DNA from: Thermodesulfobacteriota bacterium
Lineage (GTDB): Bacteria; Desulfobacterota_D; UBA1144; Nemesobacterales; Mycalebacteriaceae
Assembly: GCA_965198945.1 (NCBI GenBank)
Contig: CBDAQI010000011.1
Coordinates: 32,001-96,000 of the forward strand
DNA: 64,000 nt
Reading direction: 5' to 3'
The notes beneath the pieces were generated by a model. That model worked only from the letters and a program-made list of their open reading frames with translations, did no database searches and was not told where the DNA came from. How positions within the stretch are numbered: position 1 is the stretch's first letter; each line of letters starts with the position of its first letter. Positions 51,426 through 62,002 of this stretch are shown here, one piece after another. The position numbers were made by a program, and so were the translations under genes.

Positions 51426-51923
51426 ATGAGAAACAGAAGACTGGGAAGAAAACTCGGGGTGAGAACCAAGCACAGAAAAGCGATGTTGCGCAACATGGCA
51501 ACGGAGCTCTTCAGACATGAAAAAATCAGAACGACTGACACGAGAGCGAAAGAACTGAAACGTGTGGCGGATAAAATTATCACGCTTGCAAAAAACAGCG
51601 CCGGTGACGGCGGGCTTGTTTTCAAAAGACGTATTTTTGGCTACATAACAGACAAAGAAGTCGCCCGCAAAGTGTTCACCGAGATTGCCGACAGATATAA
51701 ACAGCGTCCGGGCGGATATTCAAGAATAATAAGTCTTGGCTTCAGGGCGGGGGACCAAACGCCGATTTCGCAGATAGAACTCGTAACTGAAGAGTATAAA
51801 CCCTCTTCCCGCACGAAAACTCCGCGCAAGTCAAACTTGCCGGCTCCTAAAAAGAAAAAAGACGAAAAGCCCGCCGAAACACGGGACGCTTCGCCTGAAA
51901 AAGACGACGCCGGCAAAGCATAG
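51426..51923 (+). CDS. rplQ: 50S ribosomal protein L17
   Basis: HRKAMLRN, TTDTRAKE, RPGGYSRI. Confidence 0.97.
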   Translation: MRNRRLGRKLGVRTKHRKAMLRNMATELFRHEKIRTTDTRAKELKRVADKIITLAKNSAGDGGLVFKRRIFGYITDKEVARKVFTEIADRYKQRPGGYSRIISLGFRAGDQTPISQIELVTEEYKPSSRTKTPRKSNLPAPKKKKDEKPAETRDASPEKDDAGKA

Positions 51924-51951
51924 TTATCGTCTCACGGCACGTTTTCCCCGA

Positions 51952-52977
51952 ATGAAAAAACTTCATCCCGGACTGATAGTTGATTCCCATTCCCTGAAGG
52001 AAATAGTGGAAATTTCCAAATACGCCGAAAGCGCGGGATTTCATTCCGTTTGGGCGACTGAGCTTTACAGAACGGCGTTTCAGCAGCTGGCAGCAATAGC
52101 CCCAAACACATCCACCATTAAACTCGGCACCGCGGTTGCGCTTGCATTTGTGAGAAGCCCTTTGATTACGGCGATAAGCGCAATGGATTTGGATGAATCT
52201 TCAGACGGAAGACTGATTCTGGGGCTTGGTTCGGGCGCCAGACGGACAAATGAGATGTGGCACGGTCAGCCGTTTGGCAAACCCGTTGCCAGAATCAAAG
52301 AGTGTGTTGATGTTGTCCGGCGGGTTATTGCCGGTTCGCATATGGGCGGAGACGTTGTTTACGGCGGCCGGTATTACGATATAAATATCAGGGGATTCAA
52401 AAGGCCCTTTGAGCCCGTGCGCACAAATGTGCCGGTTTTTCTGGCCGCCGTGGGTGAGGGGATGGCGCGAGCTTCGGCCCGCACGGCTGACGGTTACATA
52501 GGGCACATAGTGTGTTCAAAAAAGTATATTGAAAAAAAGGTTCTGCCCGCTTTGCGCACGGGTTTGTCAGAGTCGGGACGCACGCGTTCAGACTTCTGTG
52601 TTTCCTCAATTTTTACCTGCGCCGTTTGCGGGGAAAAAGATTTGCCGGAAACAAAAAGAGCGGCAAAGGCCACGGTCGCATTTTACGCCACGGTCAAAAC
52701 CTACAGAAAACCGTTTGACCTTCAAGGTTTTACGGCGCGGACGGAAACAATCCGCGACTTTTACTTCAAGGGCGATGTTGAAGGCATGATTGAAAATGTG
52801 ACCGATGACATGCTTGATACTTTCGCAATTGTGGGAACTGCTGACCAGTGCAGAAAAAGAATTGACTCCTATTCGGACTATCTGGATCTGCCTATTTTGA
52901 GCGCCCCGCATTACTATCTTGAGCCCGGACAGGTCTCAATGTATCAGAAAAGAATTATTGAATCCTTCGGCGCCTGA
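51952..52977 (+). CDS. LLM-class flavin/F420-dependent oxidoreductase
   Basis: AESAGFHSVWATE, IKLGTAV, GRLILGLG, PVFLAAVG. Confidence 0.85.
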   Translation: MKKLHPGLIVDSHSLKEIVEISKYAESAGFHSVWATELYRTAFQQLAAIAPNTSTIKLGTAVALAFVRSPLITAISAMDLDESSDGRLILGLGSGARRTNEMWHGQPFGKPVARIKECVDVVRRVIAGSHMGGDVVYGGRYYDINIRGFKRPFEPVRTNVPVFLAAVGEGMARASARTADGYIGHIVCSKKYIEKKVLPALRTGLSESGRTRSDFCVSSIFTCAVCGEKDLPETKRAAKATVAFYATVKTYRKPFDLQGFTARTETIRDFYFKGDVEGMIENVTDDMLDTFAIVGTADQCRKRIDSYSDYLDLPILSAPHYYLEPGQVSMYQKRIIESFGA

Positions 52978-53026
52978 GGATTTGTAATTGCTTTTTTCTC
53001 TTTTATAAAACACTATTTGAAAGACC

Positions 53027-53926
53027 GTGAAGATTTTCATATCCGGTTCAAGCGGCTTTATAGGTTCGGGCCTTGTGCGTTTTTTCAATGAAAGTGGGCA
53101 CGAGGTAATAAGGGTTTTGAGAAAACCCCAACGGATTCAGTCCCCTGAAAAGCAGGTTTTCTACGATCCGTATTCCGGCGTTTTGGACAAGCGGGATTTT
53201 GAGGGAGCGGATGCGTTCATACACCTCGCGGGACTGGGCATAATGCGCAGATGGAGCCCTTCGGTGAAAATGGAGATTGAGCGGAGCAGAGTTATAAGCA
53301 CGGGTTTTCTGTCTTCCGTTTTCTCACGGCTTGAAAGACCTCCCGGGGTTTTTCTCTGCGCGTCCGCAACCGGTTTCTACGGAGACAGGGGTCAAGAGGT
53401 TTTAAATGAGCAAAGCGGGGCGGGAGAGGGATTTCTCGCGCGGGTCGCACGGGAATGGGAAGATACGGCAAATTCCGCATCTCCCGTCACAAGGGTTGTG
53501 AATCTCCGGTTCGGGGTTGTTCTTGCAAAAGACGGCGGCGCTCTGGGTATGATGAGAATTCCCTTTATGCTGGGGCTGGGAGCAAAAGTAGGTGACGGGA
53601 AAGACTATTTGAGTTGGATATCACGCAACGACGCCGTAAGAGCGATTGAATTTATAATCGGAAATAACGGCATTGCCGGACCGGTGAACATAGTGTCTCC
53701 GGCGCCCGTGCGCAATGGCGACTTTACAAAATGTGTTGCAAGCGCCCTGCGGCGCCCCGCGTTTGTGTCTCTTAACAAATCCGTTCTCAAACTCGTTCTT
53801 GGCGAAATGGGAGAGGAAGTTGTTATGAGCAGCGCGAGAGTTTTGCCGGACAGGCTTATAAAAACCGGATTTCAGTTTGATGACTCAGACCTAAAGACCT
53901 TTCTTCGCTCGGAGCTTGAAAGATAA
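53027..53926 (+). CDS. TIGR01777/YfcH-like NAD-dependent epimerase
   Basis: GSSGFIG, HLAG, SATGFYG, RFGVVL..GGAL, GPVN. Confidence 0.88.
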   Translation: MKIFISGSSGFIGSGLVRFFNESGHEVIRVLRKPQRIQSPEKQVFYDPYSGVLDKRDFEGADAFIHLAGLGIMRRWSPSVKMEIERSRVISTGFLSSVFSRLERPPGVFLCASATGFYGDRGQEVLNEQSGAGEGFLARVAREWEDTANSASPVTRVVNLRFGVVLAKDGGALGMMRIPFMLGLGAKVGDGKDYLSWISRNDAVRAIEFIIGNNGIAGPVNIVSPAPVRNGDFTKCVASALRRPAFVSLNKSVLKLVLGEMGEEVVMSSARVLPDRLIKTGFQFDDSDLKTFLRSELER

Positions 53927-53928
53927 TA

Positions 53929-54567
53929 ATGAAAAAAAAGGACAGACAGTATCTCCTTATGAGTCTTGATGAGTCAAAAATTGAGAGCGACCCTTTCAAA
54001 CAGTTTTCTCTCTGGTACGAAGACGCATTGCAGTCCGGCATTGATCTGCCGAATGCTTTTATCCTTTCCACAGCTTCGCCGGACGGGGCGCCCTCATCAA
54101 GGGTGCTGCTTTTGAAGGGTTCCGAAGGCGGGGGTTACAGCTTCTACACAAACTCTCTAAGCAGAAAAGGAAAGGAGATGGACTCAAACCCGCGCGCCTC
54201 AATGTGTTTTTTCTGGAACTCTCTTGAGAGGCAGATAAGGATTGAGGGGCGCATTGAAATTGTGAAAGACGCCGAAGCCGATGATTATTTTGCTCAAAGG
54301 CCCCGAGGAAGCAGAATAGGAGCATGGGCTTCTCCTCAGGGGGAAGTTGTGAGCGGCAGAGAGGAACTTGAGCAGAAATTTGCCCTGTATGAAGAGAAAT
54401 TTAAGAATTCCGCAACGGTTCTCCGCCCCCCTTTCTGGAAAGGTTACAGACTTGTTCCCTCGGTGTTTGAGTTCTGGCAGGGCAGAAAGAACCGCATGCA
54501 TGACAGAATCAGATACGGAATGAAAGAAAAACCCGGCGGCTGGGTAATGGAAAGACTTGCTCCCTGA
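53929..54567 (+). CDS. pdxH: Pyridoxamine 5'-phosphate oxidase
   Basis: RVLLLK, FYTN..SRKG, RQIRIEG, EFWQGR..RMHDR, RLAP. Confidence 0.95.
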   Translation: MKKKDRQYLLMSLDESKIESDPFKQFSLWYEDALQSGIDLPNAFILSTASPDGAPSSRVLLLKGSEGGGYSFYTNSLSRKGKEMDSNPRASMCFFWNSLERQIRIEGRIEIVKDAEADDYFAQRPRGSRIGAWASPQGEVVSGREELEQKFALYEEKFKNSATVLRPPFWKGYRLVPSVFEFWQGRKNRMHDRIRYGMKEKPGGWVMERLAP

Positions 54568-54575
54568 AGCGGATT

Positions 54576-55469
54576 TTACAGACCGAGTCTTTTGAAGATG
54601 GCTTTAATATGGGAAGACCTGTTCAGCAAATAAAAATGAATTCCGGGAACACCGGCGCTCAGAAGTTTTTCCGCCTGTTCCGCGCAGATTTCTATTCCGG
54701 AGTCTCCGCAGTCGCCGTTTTTCCTCTCGCTTTCCTCAAGCCTTTTCATTACATTTTCAGGTATTGCGCTTCCGCACATTGAGGCTATTTTCAAAACCTG
54801 TTTTGTTGAAAGGATAGGCATAAGGCCCGGTATAACGAGGGCTTGTATCCCGCGCTCACGCACTCTCGCCACATAATCAAAATAAAAATTGTTGTCATAA
54901 AACAACTGGGTGATTATTATGTCCGCCCCGGCGCGTGTTTTTTTCTCAAGGTTTGCTATGTCTTCATCCATTGAACCCGCTTCAATATGTTTTTCCGGAT
55001 ATCCGGCCACCGCAATACCGAAGCTGTCTGTTCCGGGGATTTGATTCTCAAAATTTCTTATGTGGCTTACAAGCTCGTTTGCATGCGAATATCCGTTCTC
55101 AAACGGTATGAACTGCCCCCGGTTTCCGGGCGGGTCTCCCCTCAGCGCGACTATGTTCCGGATACCGCGCGCCCGCAGGTCTTTCAAAATTAAATCTATG
55201 TCCGCGCTTGAGGATCCCACGCAGGTAAGGTGGCTTGCGGTCAGAATTCCCAGGTTGTCTTTTATGTGGGAGGCTATTTCAAAACTGTTTGCTCTGGTTG
55301 TTCCCATCGCGCCATATGTGACCGATATGAATTGCGGAGACAAGCCGGCAAGTTCGTCCAGACAGAACAGAAGATTTTTTTGCCCTTCCGGGGTTTTTGG
55401 AGGAAAAATTTCAAACGAAATAACCGGTTTTTTTTCTTTTTCATATAATTCTGGGAAGATTGCCATCAT
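54576..55469 (-). CDS. metF: 5,10-methylenetetrahydrofolate reductase
   Basis: SFEIFPPK, SVTYGA, HLTC, ALRGD, AGYPEKH, ITQLF. Confidence 0.95.
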   Translation of the reverse strand: MMAIFPELYEKEKKPVISFEIFPPKTPEGQKNLLFCLDELAGLSPQFISVTYGAMGTTRANSFEIASHIKDNLGILTASHLTCVGSSSADIDLILKDLRARGIRNIVALRGDPPGNRGQFIPFENGYSHANELVSHIRNFENQIPGTDSFGIAVAGYPEKHIEAGSMDEDIANLEKKTRAGADIIITQLFYDNNFYFDYVARVRERGIQALVIPGLMPILSTKQVLKIASMCGSAIPENVMKRLEESERKNGDCGDSGIEICAEQAEKLLSAGVPGIHFYLLNRSSHIKAIFKRLGL

Positions 55470-55476
55470 ATCTCCT

Positions 55477-56634
55477 TTAGGCTTCACGACTTTCCGGAGG
55501 AGTCGGCACTCCGGCCGCAAGCAGGGCGATAATTAAAACCAGGGATACCGACAGAGTTATTCCCGCTCCCGTCGCATAAAAAAGACCCGCAAGCACGCTT
55601 CCGGTAAACGCTCCGAGAAAGCTTGCAAAGTTTAGCAGGCCGGAAAGTGTCCCCCTTGAGTTTACGGGCACTATCTGGGTTAGAAAGGACGGAAGAATAG
55701 GCTGGAATATGGAATGTCCGAGGAAAAAAACGGTTCCCGCAACAATCAGGCCGGTTTTTCCGGAACTTGCCGCCGCCGCCAGAGTCCCGAGCGTGAGGAG
55801 AACCAGACCCGCCGCCACCGGGATGTTCATCTTCTTGCGTCTCTCCATAATTTTGAGAAACGGATAAGTGAAAACCGCCGCCGGAAGAAGGACTATCAGA
55901 TATGCCTTCCATATACGGGAAATTGTTTCCCCTGCGGCATTATCCCAACTGAGCGGGTAAACAAAAAGAAATATATTCAGTACGGAAGAAAGTATGAAAG
56001 AACTTATCAGTATCTTCTTTATATTGGCGTTGTATAGAATGCTCATTACCTTTTTTTCCGTGATTTGTTCGGCGGTTTTTTTCTCACTCGGGAAAAACAG
56101 AAGGGTTATCAAAATTGCCGCGGCCCCAAGTCCGGCAAGAATATGGAAAAGAGTTTGAAAGCCCACCCACGATGCCAGAACCGGGCCCATGACAAGAGAA
56201 ACCATAAAACTTGCCCCGATTATAATCCCCGTTATTGCGAAAGACTGCCCGCGCACTCCGGGTCTTGTGAAGTCTCCGAGAGCCGCGATTGCCACCGCGC
56301 CGACGGCGCCGCTTCCCTGTACCGTTCTCGCCGCTATGAGCTGCCAGATGTTTTCCGCAAATCCGCACCAGATGCTGCCGGCGCAGAAAAGGAGGAGGCC
56401 CGCAATAATAACGGGTTTTCTGCCGAGTTTGTCACTTGCTTTTCCGAACGGGATTTGAAGCGCCGCCTGAACCAGCGCATATATGCCGAAAGCAATGCCC
56501 GTGAGTAAGGGCGAAGATCCCGGATAGTCCAGCACATATAAACTGAAAACCGGCAGAATAAGGAAAATCCCGAGCAGCCTTGTGGCAAGTATTGCTCCTA
56601 TAATTTTTGTCGCTTTCGCCTCGGTCCGGTTCAT
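55477..56634 (-). CDS. MFS transporter (YajR-like)
   Basis: QIPFGKASDKLGRKPVI motif A; multiple TM helices. Confidence 0.88.
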   Translation of the reverse strand: MNRTEAKATKIIGAILATRLLGIFLILPVFSLYVLDYPGSSPLLTGIAFGIYALVQAALQIPFGKASDKLGRKPVIIAGLLLFCAGSIWCGFAENIWQLIAARTVQGSGAVGAVAIAALGDFTRPGVRGQSFAITGIIIGASFMVSLVMGPVLASWVGFQTLFHILAGLGAAAILITLLFFPSEKKTAEQITEKKVMSILYNANIKKILISSFILSSVLNIFLFVYPLSWDNAAGETISRIWKAYLIVLLPAAVFTYPFLKIMERRKKMNIPVAAGLVLLTLGTLAAAASSGKTGLIVAGTVFFLGHSIFQPILPSFLTQIVPVNSRGTLSGLLNFASFLGAFTGSVLAGLFYATGAGITLSVSLVLIIALLAAGVPTPPESREA

Positions 56635-56720
56635 TGTTGCGGTTGTGCGCTGTTGCTTTCCGCGCGACGGTATTTTATCATAAAGGGAAGGTTTTATTCC
56701 CTTCTAAATCTTCTTGTTTG

Positions 56721-57842
56721 ATGGAACGTTTGCGGGCCGAAATTGACTTAGACGCATTGAGAAACAATGTGGAACTGTCGGCGCGGAGGGTTGGAAGCGG
56801 CGTCGGAATCATTGCCGTTGTAAAAGCTGATGCCTACGGGCATGGCGCGGTTGAAGTTTCCCGCGGCCTTGCAAGCTTTCCCGCGGTTAAAATGCTCGGA
56901 GTTTCTTCCGTTGAAGAGGGCCTTGAATTAAGAGAGTCGGGAATTTTCGCTCCGATTCTTGTTATGGGCGTTGCGACGGACTCCCGTGTTCCGGATGCGG
57001 TAAGCGCCGGCATAACACTGAGCGTTTTCACCGAAGAGTGTCTTGTTTCACTTTCCGAAGCGGCGAAAAAATGTGGCAGGGCCGCGTCTTACCACCTGAA
57101 AATAGACACCGGAATGGCGCGTCTCGGCCTTCCCGAAAAAGACTGTTTTTCTCTGATGGAGAAAGCCCGTAATATGGAAGAGTTGAAGTTTGAAGGCATT
57201 TTCACACATCTTGCTTACTCTTCATGTCCGCAGCCCGAGCCGACTTTTGAACAGATTTCCCGTTTTAATTCGGTGGTTTCCGAATTTGAAAAATCGTGTT
57301 TGCCGCGTCCCCGTCTCAGACATATGGCCAACAGCGCTGCGGTTCAGCGATTTTCCGAATCGTTCTGCAATATGGTAAGGCCCGGAATAATGCTTTACGG
57401 TTCGTCATTTGAGAAACAAGACCTTGTTTCTGTTATGAGAGTTAAAAGTTCGGTTGTCAGGTTGAGAAAGCTGGGCGCGGGGGAGCCGGTGGGTTATGGC
57501 GGCACTTTCACAACAAAAAAACCGTCAATCATCGCGGTAATACCGGTCGGATACAGAGACGGATATTTCAGGAGGCTTTCCAATCGTTCAAGGGTTTCAA
57601 TAAAGGGCGTTGCGGCTCCGGTTGTGGGAGAAGTGTGCATGGACTTTACGACCGTGGATGTTACGGGAATTCAAGGGATTCAAGTCGGGGATGAGGCGGT
57701 TTTATTCGGGAGCGGAGGGGTCTCCGTTGAAGATGTGGCAAAATGGGCGGAAACCATACCATATGAAATTATGACCGTTATGGGAGGCAAAATCAGCAGG
57801 AAAATATATAAAAGAGACACGGGAACAGAAGCGGAAAATTGA
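56721..57842 (+). CDS. alr: Alanine racemase
   Basis: AVVKADAYGHG, HLKIDTGMARLG, VRPGIMLYG, GYRDG, VCMD, TIPYE. Confidence 0.96.
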   Translation: MERLRAEIDLDALRNNVELSARRVGSGVGIIAVVKADAYGHGAVEVSRGLASFPAVKMLGVSSVEEGLELRESGIFAPILVMGVATDSRVPDAVSAGITLSVFTEECLVSLSEAAKKCGRAASYHLKIDTGMARLGLPEKDCFSLMEKARNMEELKFEGIFTHLAYSSCPQPEPTFEQISRFNSVVSEFEKSCLPRPRLRHMANSAAVQRFSESFCNMVRPGIMLYGSSFEKQDLVSVMRVKSSVVRLRKLGAGEPVGYGGTFTTKKPSIIAVIPVGYRDGYFRRLSNRSRVSIKGVAAPVVGEVCMDFTTVDVTGIQGIQVGDEAVLFGSGGVSVEDVAKWAETIPYEIMTVMGGKISRKIYKRDTGTEAEN

Positions 57843-59231
57843 GCGCCCGGAAATTTTTGTGTCTGTGCCTTTTGGTAATGCCGATTTTTATTTCGTCAGT
57901 GTTGCGGGCACGCACTGCCGAGGCTTTTGTTCTCAAGGATGATCCGTTCGGTTTTTCCCGGGAAGACTCTTTTGTTTCAGCTTATTCTTTCGGTCCGTTT
58001 TTTGAAGGTTGAAGACAAAGAAAGCCCCGAGTTTGCTTTCAGGCCGCTTTTTTATCTCAAAAAAAACAGGCCGGCCGGGTCACTGAGTCTGGATATTCTT
58101 TATCCGTTTTTTCACTATAAACAAAACAATGACGGTTATCGTGCCGGGTTTTTATTTAATTTGCTCTCTTTTGGAAATAAAGTTCAGTCGGGAGCGCGTG
58201 AGAAAACTTTCAGACTGTATCCGCTGTTTTTTCATCGTTCCTCCGATATTCCGGAAAGGAGGCAGTTTGCGTTTGCGCCGTTTTACGGGAATTTCGGCGG
58301 CAAAACCAAATTTGTTCTTTTTCCTCTTTATTTGCGGACCAGTTCCGGCAAGGGCGTTACTCACAATGTGCTCTGGCCGTTTTTCGCTTTTTATTCCGGA
58401 GAGCGCAAAGGATTCAGATTCTGGCCGTTTTTCGGCAGGGTTGAGCAGAAAAAATATCGGATGAAGTTTGTTATGTGGCCGCTCTATTTTGACCGAGAAG
58501 TTGGGGCCGGCGCATCATACAGTCGCTACAAGGCTTTTTTCCCTTTTTATTACAGATTTGACTACAAAACCCAATCCAACAAAATTTATCTCTGGCCTCT
58601 TTTCCAGAAAAGCACCGACCCGGCAAATAATCTTGATTCACTTCATTTGCCCTGGCCGTTTGTCAATTTCAAAAAGAGTGATGATGGGACGCGGACGAGG
58701 TTTTTTCCCCTGTTTGAAAAATCTGAAATTCCGGGTGTGAAAAAGACCCGTTTTTTTCTCTGGCCTCTTTATACTTCCTCCCGAATCAAGCTCAGCAGTT
58801 ACTACTATAAAAAGGACAGTGTTTTGATTATTTTCAAAATACGGCGTGAAAAGCCGTTTGACGGCCGGAGAGCTTCTTCACTGAAAGTTGATTTATGGCC
58901 GGTATTTTCATACAGGAAGGATGAAAAGGGGAGAAGTTATTTCCACATGCTTTCACTTTTTGAGCCGTTCATAGGGTCAAGCGAAAAACTCTACAGAAAC
59001 TACGCATTTTTATGGAGAGTTCTTGAAGTCCGCAGGAAAAAAAATGTCGGAACCTCCGTTTCTCTTCTGTTCGGGATTTTGAATTTCAAAAAAACCTGTG
59101 AAGAAAAATCTTTTTATATAGCGGGCAAGGCGTTCGGTTATTACTCCGGCTCAGAAGGGCGCAAAATCAGATTTTTGTTTCTTCCTGTTAAAATAGGTTC
59201 TCCGCAAAGCGGGAGGAATTGCAGCGGATGA
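57839..59231 (+). CDS. Exported/outer-membrane protein with aromatic (W/F)P(L/F)F repeats; apparent frameshift near 58000
   Basis: Repeated LWPFF/FFPLF motifs; a signal-peptide frame from TTG 57839 ends at 58012; the main ORF is in the +1 frame. Confidence 0.6.
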
Positions 59232-60001
59232 AAGAAGGAGCCATAAAAAGTTTTGCGACCTTCACCGGAGGCGCTCTGAATCTTTTTCTTGTGTCGGTTT
59301 ACTGGTGTAAAGACATAAGAAAAAATATGGACAAAGTTTTTTTTCAAATAGTTGTGATTGGCTCGGATACTCTTGTTGTCGCCTTGGTAATAGGGCTTTC
59401 AGGCGGAGCGGTTCTCGCGCTTCAAACGGGACCTCTGCTTGCTGATTTCGGAATTCAGGAAACACTCGGCGGGCTCATAGGGGTGGCGGTTTCAAGGGAA
59501 ATCGGTCCGGTTATGTGCTCAATACTTGTTGCCGGCCGTCTGGGTTCGGCGATAACCGCCGAGATAGCGTCAATGAGGGTTTACGATGAGATTGACGCCT
59601 TGAAAACAATGAGAATAGACCCGGTAAGGTTTCTTGTTATGCCGCGTCTTGTGGCTTTTATAGTTTCAATGCCGCTGCTTGTGCTTGTTGTGATTGTTAT
59701 GGGTTGGCTCGGTGGCGCTCTTGTGGGCGCCACAAACCCGGCAATCTCTCTTCCCTCGGCGGTTTATTTTAACAACCTTGGAGACTTCGTAACTTTGAAG
59801 ACAGTTTTGAACGGCGTTATCAAAGCTATGATTTTTGGTCTTTTCATTCTGATGATTTGTTCCAAAATCGGTCTTGAGACAACCGGGGGCCCCCGGCAGA
59901 TAGGCGTTTCGGTCACACGCGCGGTTGTCGCGTCAATAGTGATGATACTCGTATGCGATTACTTTACTTCAAAAATTTTGTTCATTGTCGGAATAGTTTA
60001 A
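59228..60001 (+). CDS. mlaE: ABC transporter permease, MlaE family
   Basis: REIGPV, AGRLGSAITAEI, EIDAL, LVMPR. Confidence 0.9.
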   Translation: MKEGAIKSFATFTGGALNLFLVSVYWCKDIRKNMDKVFFQIVVIGSDTLVVALVIGLSGGAVLALQTGPLLADFGIQETLGGLIGVAVSREIGPVMCSILVAGRLGSAITAEIASMRVYDEIDALKTMRIDPVRFLVMPRLVAFIVSMPLLVLVVIVMGWLGGALVGATNPAISLPSAVYFNNLGDFVTLKTVLNGVIKAMIFGLFILMICSKIGLETTGGPRQIGVSVTRAVVASIVMILVCDYFTSKILFIVGIV

Positions 60002-60020
60002 GGTCGGACTAAATACTGAA

Positions 60021-60806
60021 ATGAGCAAAACAAATCTTCAAATTCTCCTGTCCCACCTGACCGGAAAACCGGTTCCGGTTGAAGTTCGCGGTTTAAAAAA
60101 GTCTTTTGGCCGGAGGGAGGTGCTGAAAGGGGTGGATTTGAGTATCGCTCCCGGTGAAATAATGGTTTTTCTGGGCAGGAGCGGTTCGGGCAAAACGGTT
60201 CTTTTAAGACACATATCCGGTCTTGAATCTCCGGATGAGGGAGAAGTCCTGATTGATTCCGACCCGCCGCAGAGCACTCCCGCAACCGTTTCTCTTGTTT
60301 TTCAATCCTCCGCGCTCTTCAATTCAATGAATGTTGCGGAAAATGTGGAGCTGTTTATCAGAGAGCATCAACTTATTAAGGATGAAACCGAGATAAAGGA
60401 ACTTTCTTTTGCGGTTATTTCCCTTGTGGGGCTTGCGGGAAGGGAAGAAGCCATGCCGTCTGAGCTCAGCGGCGGAATGCGCAGACGTGTTGCAATTGCC
60501 CGCGCCCTTGTGACAAATCCCAACCTGCTGTTGTTTGACGAGCCCACCACCGGGCTTGACCCCGCGACAAAAAAATCAATTCGGGATTTGATGCTTGTAA
60601 TCAAACGGGAAGTGGGAATAACTCAGGTGGTTGTAACTCATGATATTCAACTTGCCTTTGTTCTCGCCGAAAGGTTATCTATAATGATAGATGGAAAAAT
60701 AATTGAAAGCGGAACATGGAAAGAGTTGTCCGCAAGCAGAAATCCGATAGTGAGCGGTTTTTTGACCGGGTCGGAAGTTGAAGAAAAATTGGAAGAACAA
60801 AATTGA
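60021..60806 (+). CDS. mlaF: ABC transporter ATPase, MlaF family
   Basis: GRSGSGKT, PSELSGGM, DEPTTGLDP, VTHD. Confidence 0.9.
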   Translation: MSKTNLQILLSHLTGKPVPVEVRGLKKSFGRREVLKGVDLSIAPGEIMVFLGRSGSGKTVLLRHISGLESPDEGEVLIDSDPPQSTPATVSLVFQSSALFNSMNVAENVELFIREHQLIKDETEIKELSFAVISLVGLAGREEAMPSELSGGMRRRVAIARALVTNPNLLLFDEPTTGLDPATKKSIRDLMLVIKREVGITQVVVTHDIQLAFVLAERLSIMIDGKIIESGTWKELSASRNPIVSGFLTGSEVEEKLEEQN

Positions 60807-61459
60807 AAGAGGCACGTAAAAGAGAATTAAAGATAGGCGCGTTTTTTCTCGCGGGGGTTTTTGCCGTTCTGATAGTGCTTGAGTTTGCCGGTTCAGTGCC
60901 TTTTATTTCCAACCAGAGGAGTTTGAATATTTATTTTGATTCCGTTTCGGGGCTTGAAGAGGGCGCTTTTGTGAAAATGGAAGGCGTCAGGGTGGGAAAT
61001 ATAAAAAACATTGACTTTGCCGAAGACGGAAAGAGAATTAAAGTCACGGTCGCGGTTCGCACCGATGTTGCGTTAAGAAAAGACACTGTTGCATCGGTGC
61101 GGCTCAGCAGCCTTCTTGGAACAAGCTACATAAACCTTTCAATCGGTTCTCCTGATTCACCCCTTCTTCCGCCCGGATATGCGATAGAAGGTGAGTCTTC
61201 ATATGATGTTGACAAAATCATTCAGGACGCCGGGATGCTTATGAGCGAGGCGTCTCAGGCGGCCGTGCGCCTCAATTCCATCCTTACAAAAATTGATGAC
61301 GGAAAAGGCTCGGTCGGTAAAATTGTCAACGAAGATGACCTTTATTTTGCCGCAAAAGATGTGGTTGCGAAAGCTGACAAAAGTCTGGACACCATTGAAG
61401 ACCTTGCCCCGGTCAGTTTTATAGTCTCGGTTTTCGGGATTGCGGCAACATTCTACTGA
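60803..61459 (+). CDS. mlaD: MCE/MlaD family protein
   Basis: N-terminal TM; FDSVSGL..G..V...GVRVG; SLLG..YI. Confidence 0.88.
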   Translation: MKEARKRELKIGAFFLAGVFAVLIVLEFAGSVPFISNQRSLNIYFDSVSGLEEGAFVKMEGVRVGNIKNIDFAEDGKRIKVTVAVRTDVALRKDTVASVRLSSLLGTSYINLSIGSPDSPLLPPGYAIEGESSYDVDKIIQDAGMLMSEASQAAVRLNSILTKIDDGKGSVGKIVNEDDLYFAAKDVVAKADKSLDTIEDLAPVSFIVSVFGIAATFY

Positions 61460-61546
61460 TTTCAGTATTCTGATTTGTTACCGTATAGGTTTTATTATAA
61501 GGAGCGGTTCGCGTGCGCCCAAGCTGCGGACTTGCGGGTGATTCCA

Positions 61547-62002
61547 ATGAAACGGGTATGCAAACATCCCACGGTTCACAGAGACTACCATATAGAGGAA
61601 AAGTTTGAGGCCGGCCTTGTCTTGACGGGTTCTGAAGTCAAATCTCTCAGAAACGGCAAGGCGAGCATAAAAGAGAGTTATGCCATTGTGCGCACCGGTG
61701 AAGTTGAGCTTGTCGGCAGCTACATAGCCCCATATCAGGCTGCCGGGGTTTTTGACCATGACCCCAACCGTTCAAGAAAACTGCTTTTGAAAAAGCGAGA
61801 AATAAACAGACTTATCGGCAAAACACAGATGAAGGGTTACACGCTTGTGCCTACCGCCATTTATTTTCGCGGCGGCTTTGCCAAGGTGGAGATTGCCGTT
61901 GCCAAAGGCAAAAAACTTTATGACAAACGTTCCGACATTAAAAAACGTGAAGCGGACAGGGAGATGGAAAGAGCTATGAAAAGGGCGTTGAAGAGAAGAT
62001 GA
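61547..62002 (+). CDS. smpB: SsrA-binding protein
   Basis: EAGLVLTGSEVKSLR, RKLLL, GKKLYDKR. Confidence 0.97.
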   Translation: MKRVCKHPTVHRDYHIEEKFEAGLVLTGSEVKSLRNGKASIKESYAIVRTGEVELVGSYIAPYQAAGVFDHDPNRSRKLLLKKREINRLIGKTQMKGYTLVPTAIYFRGGFAKVEIAVAKGKKLYDKRSDIKKREADREMERAMKRALKRR

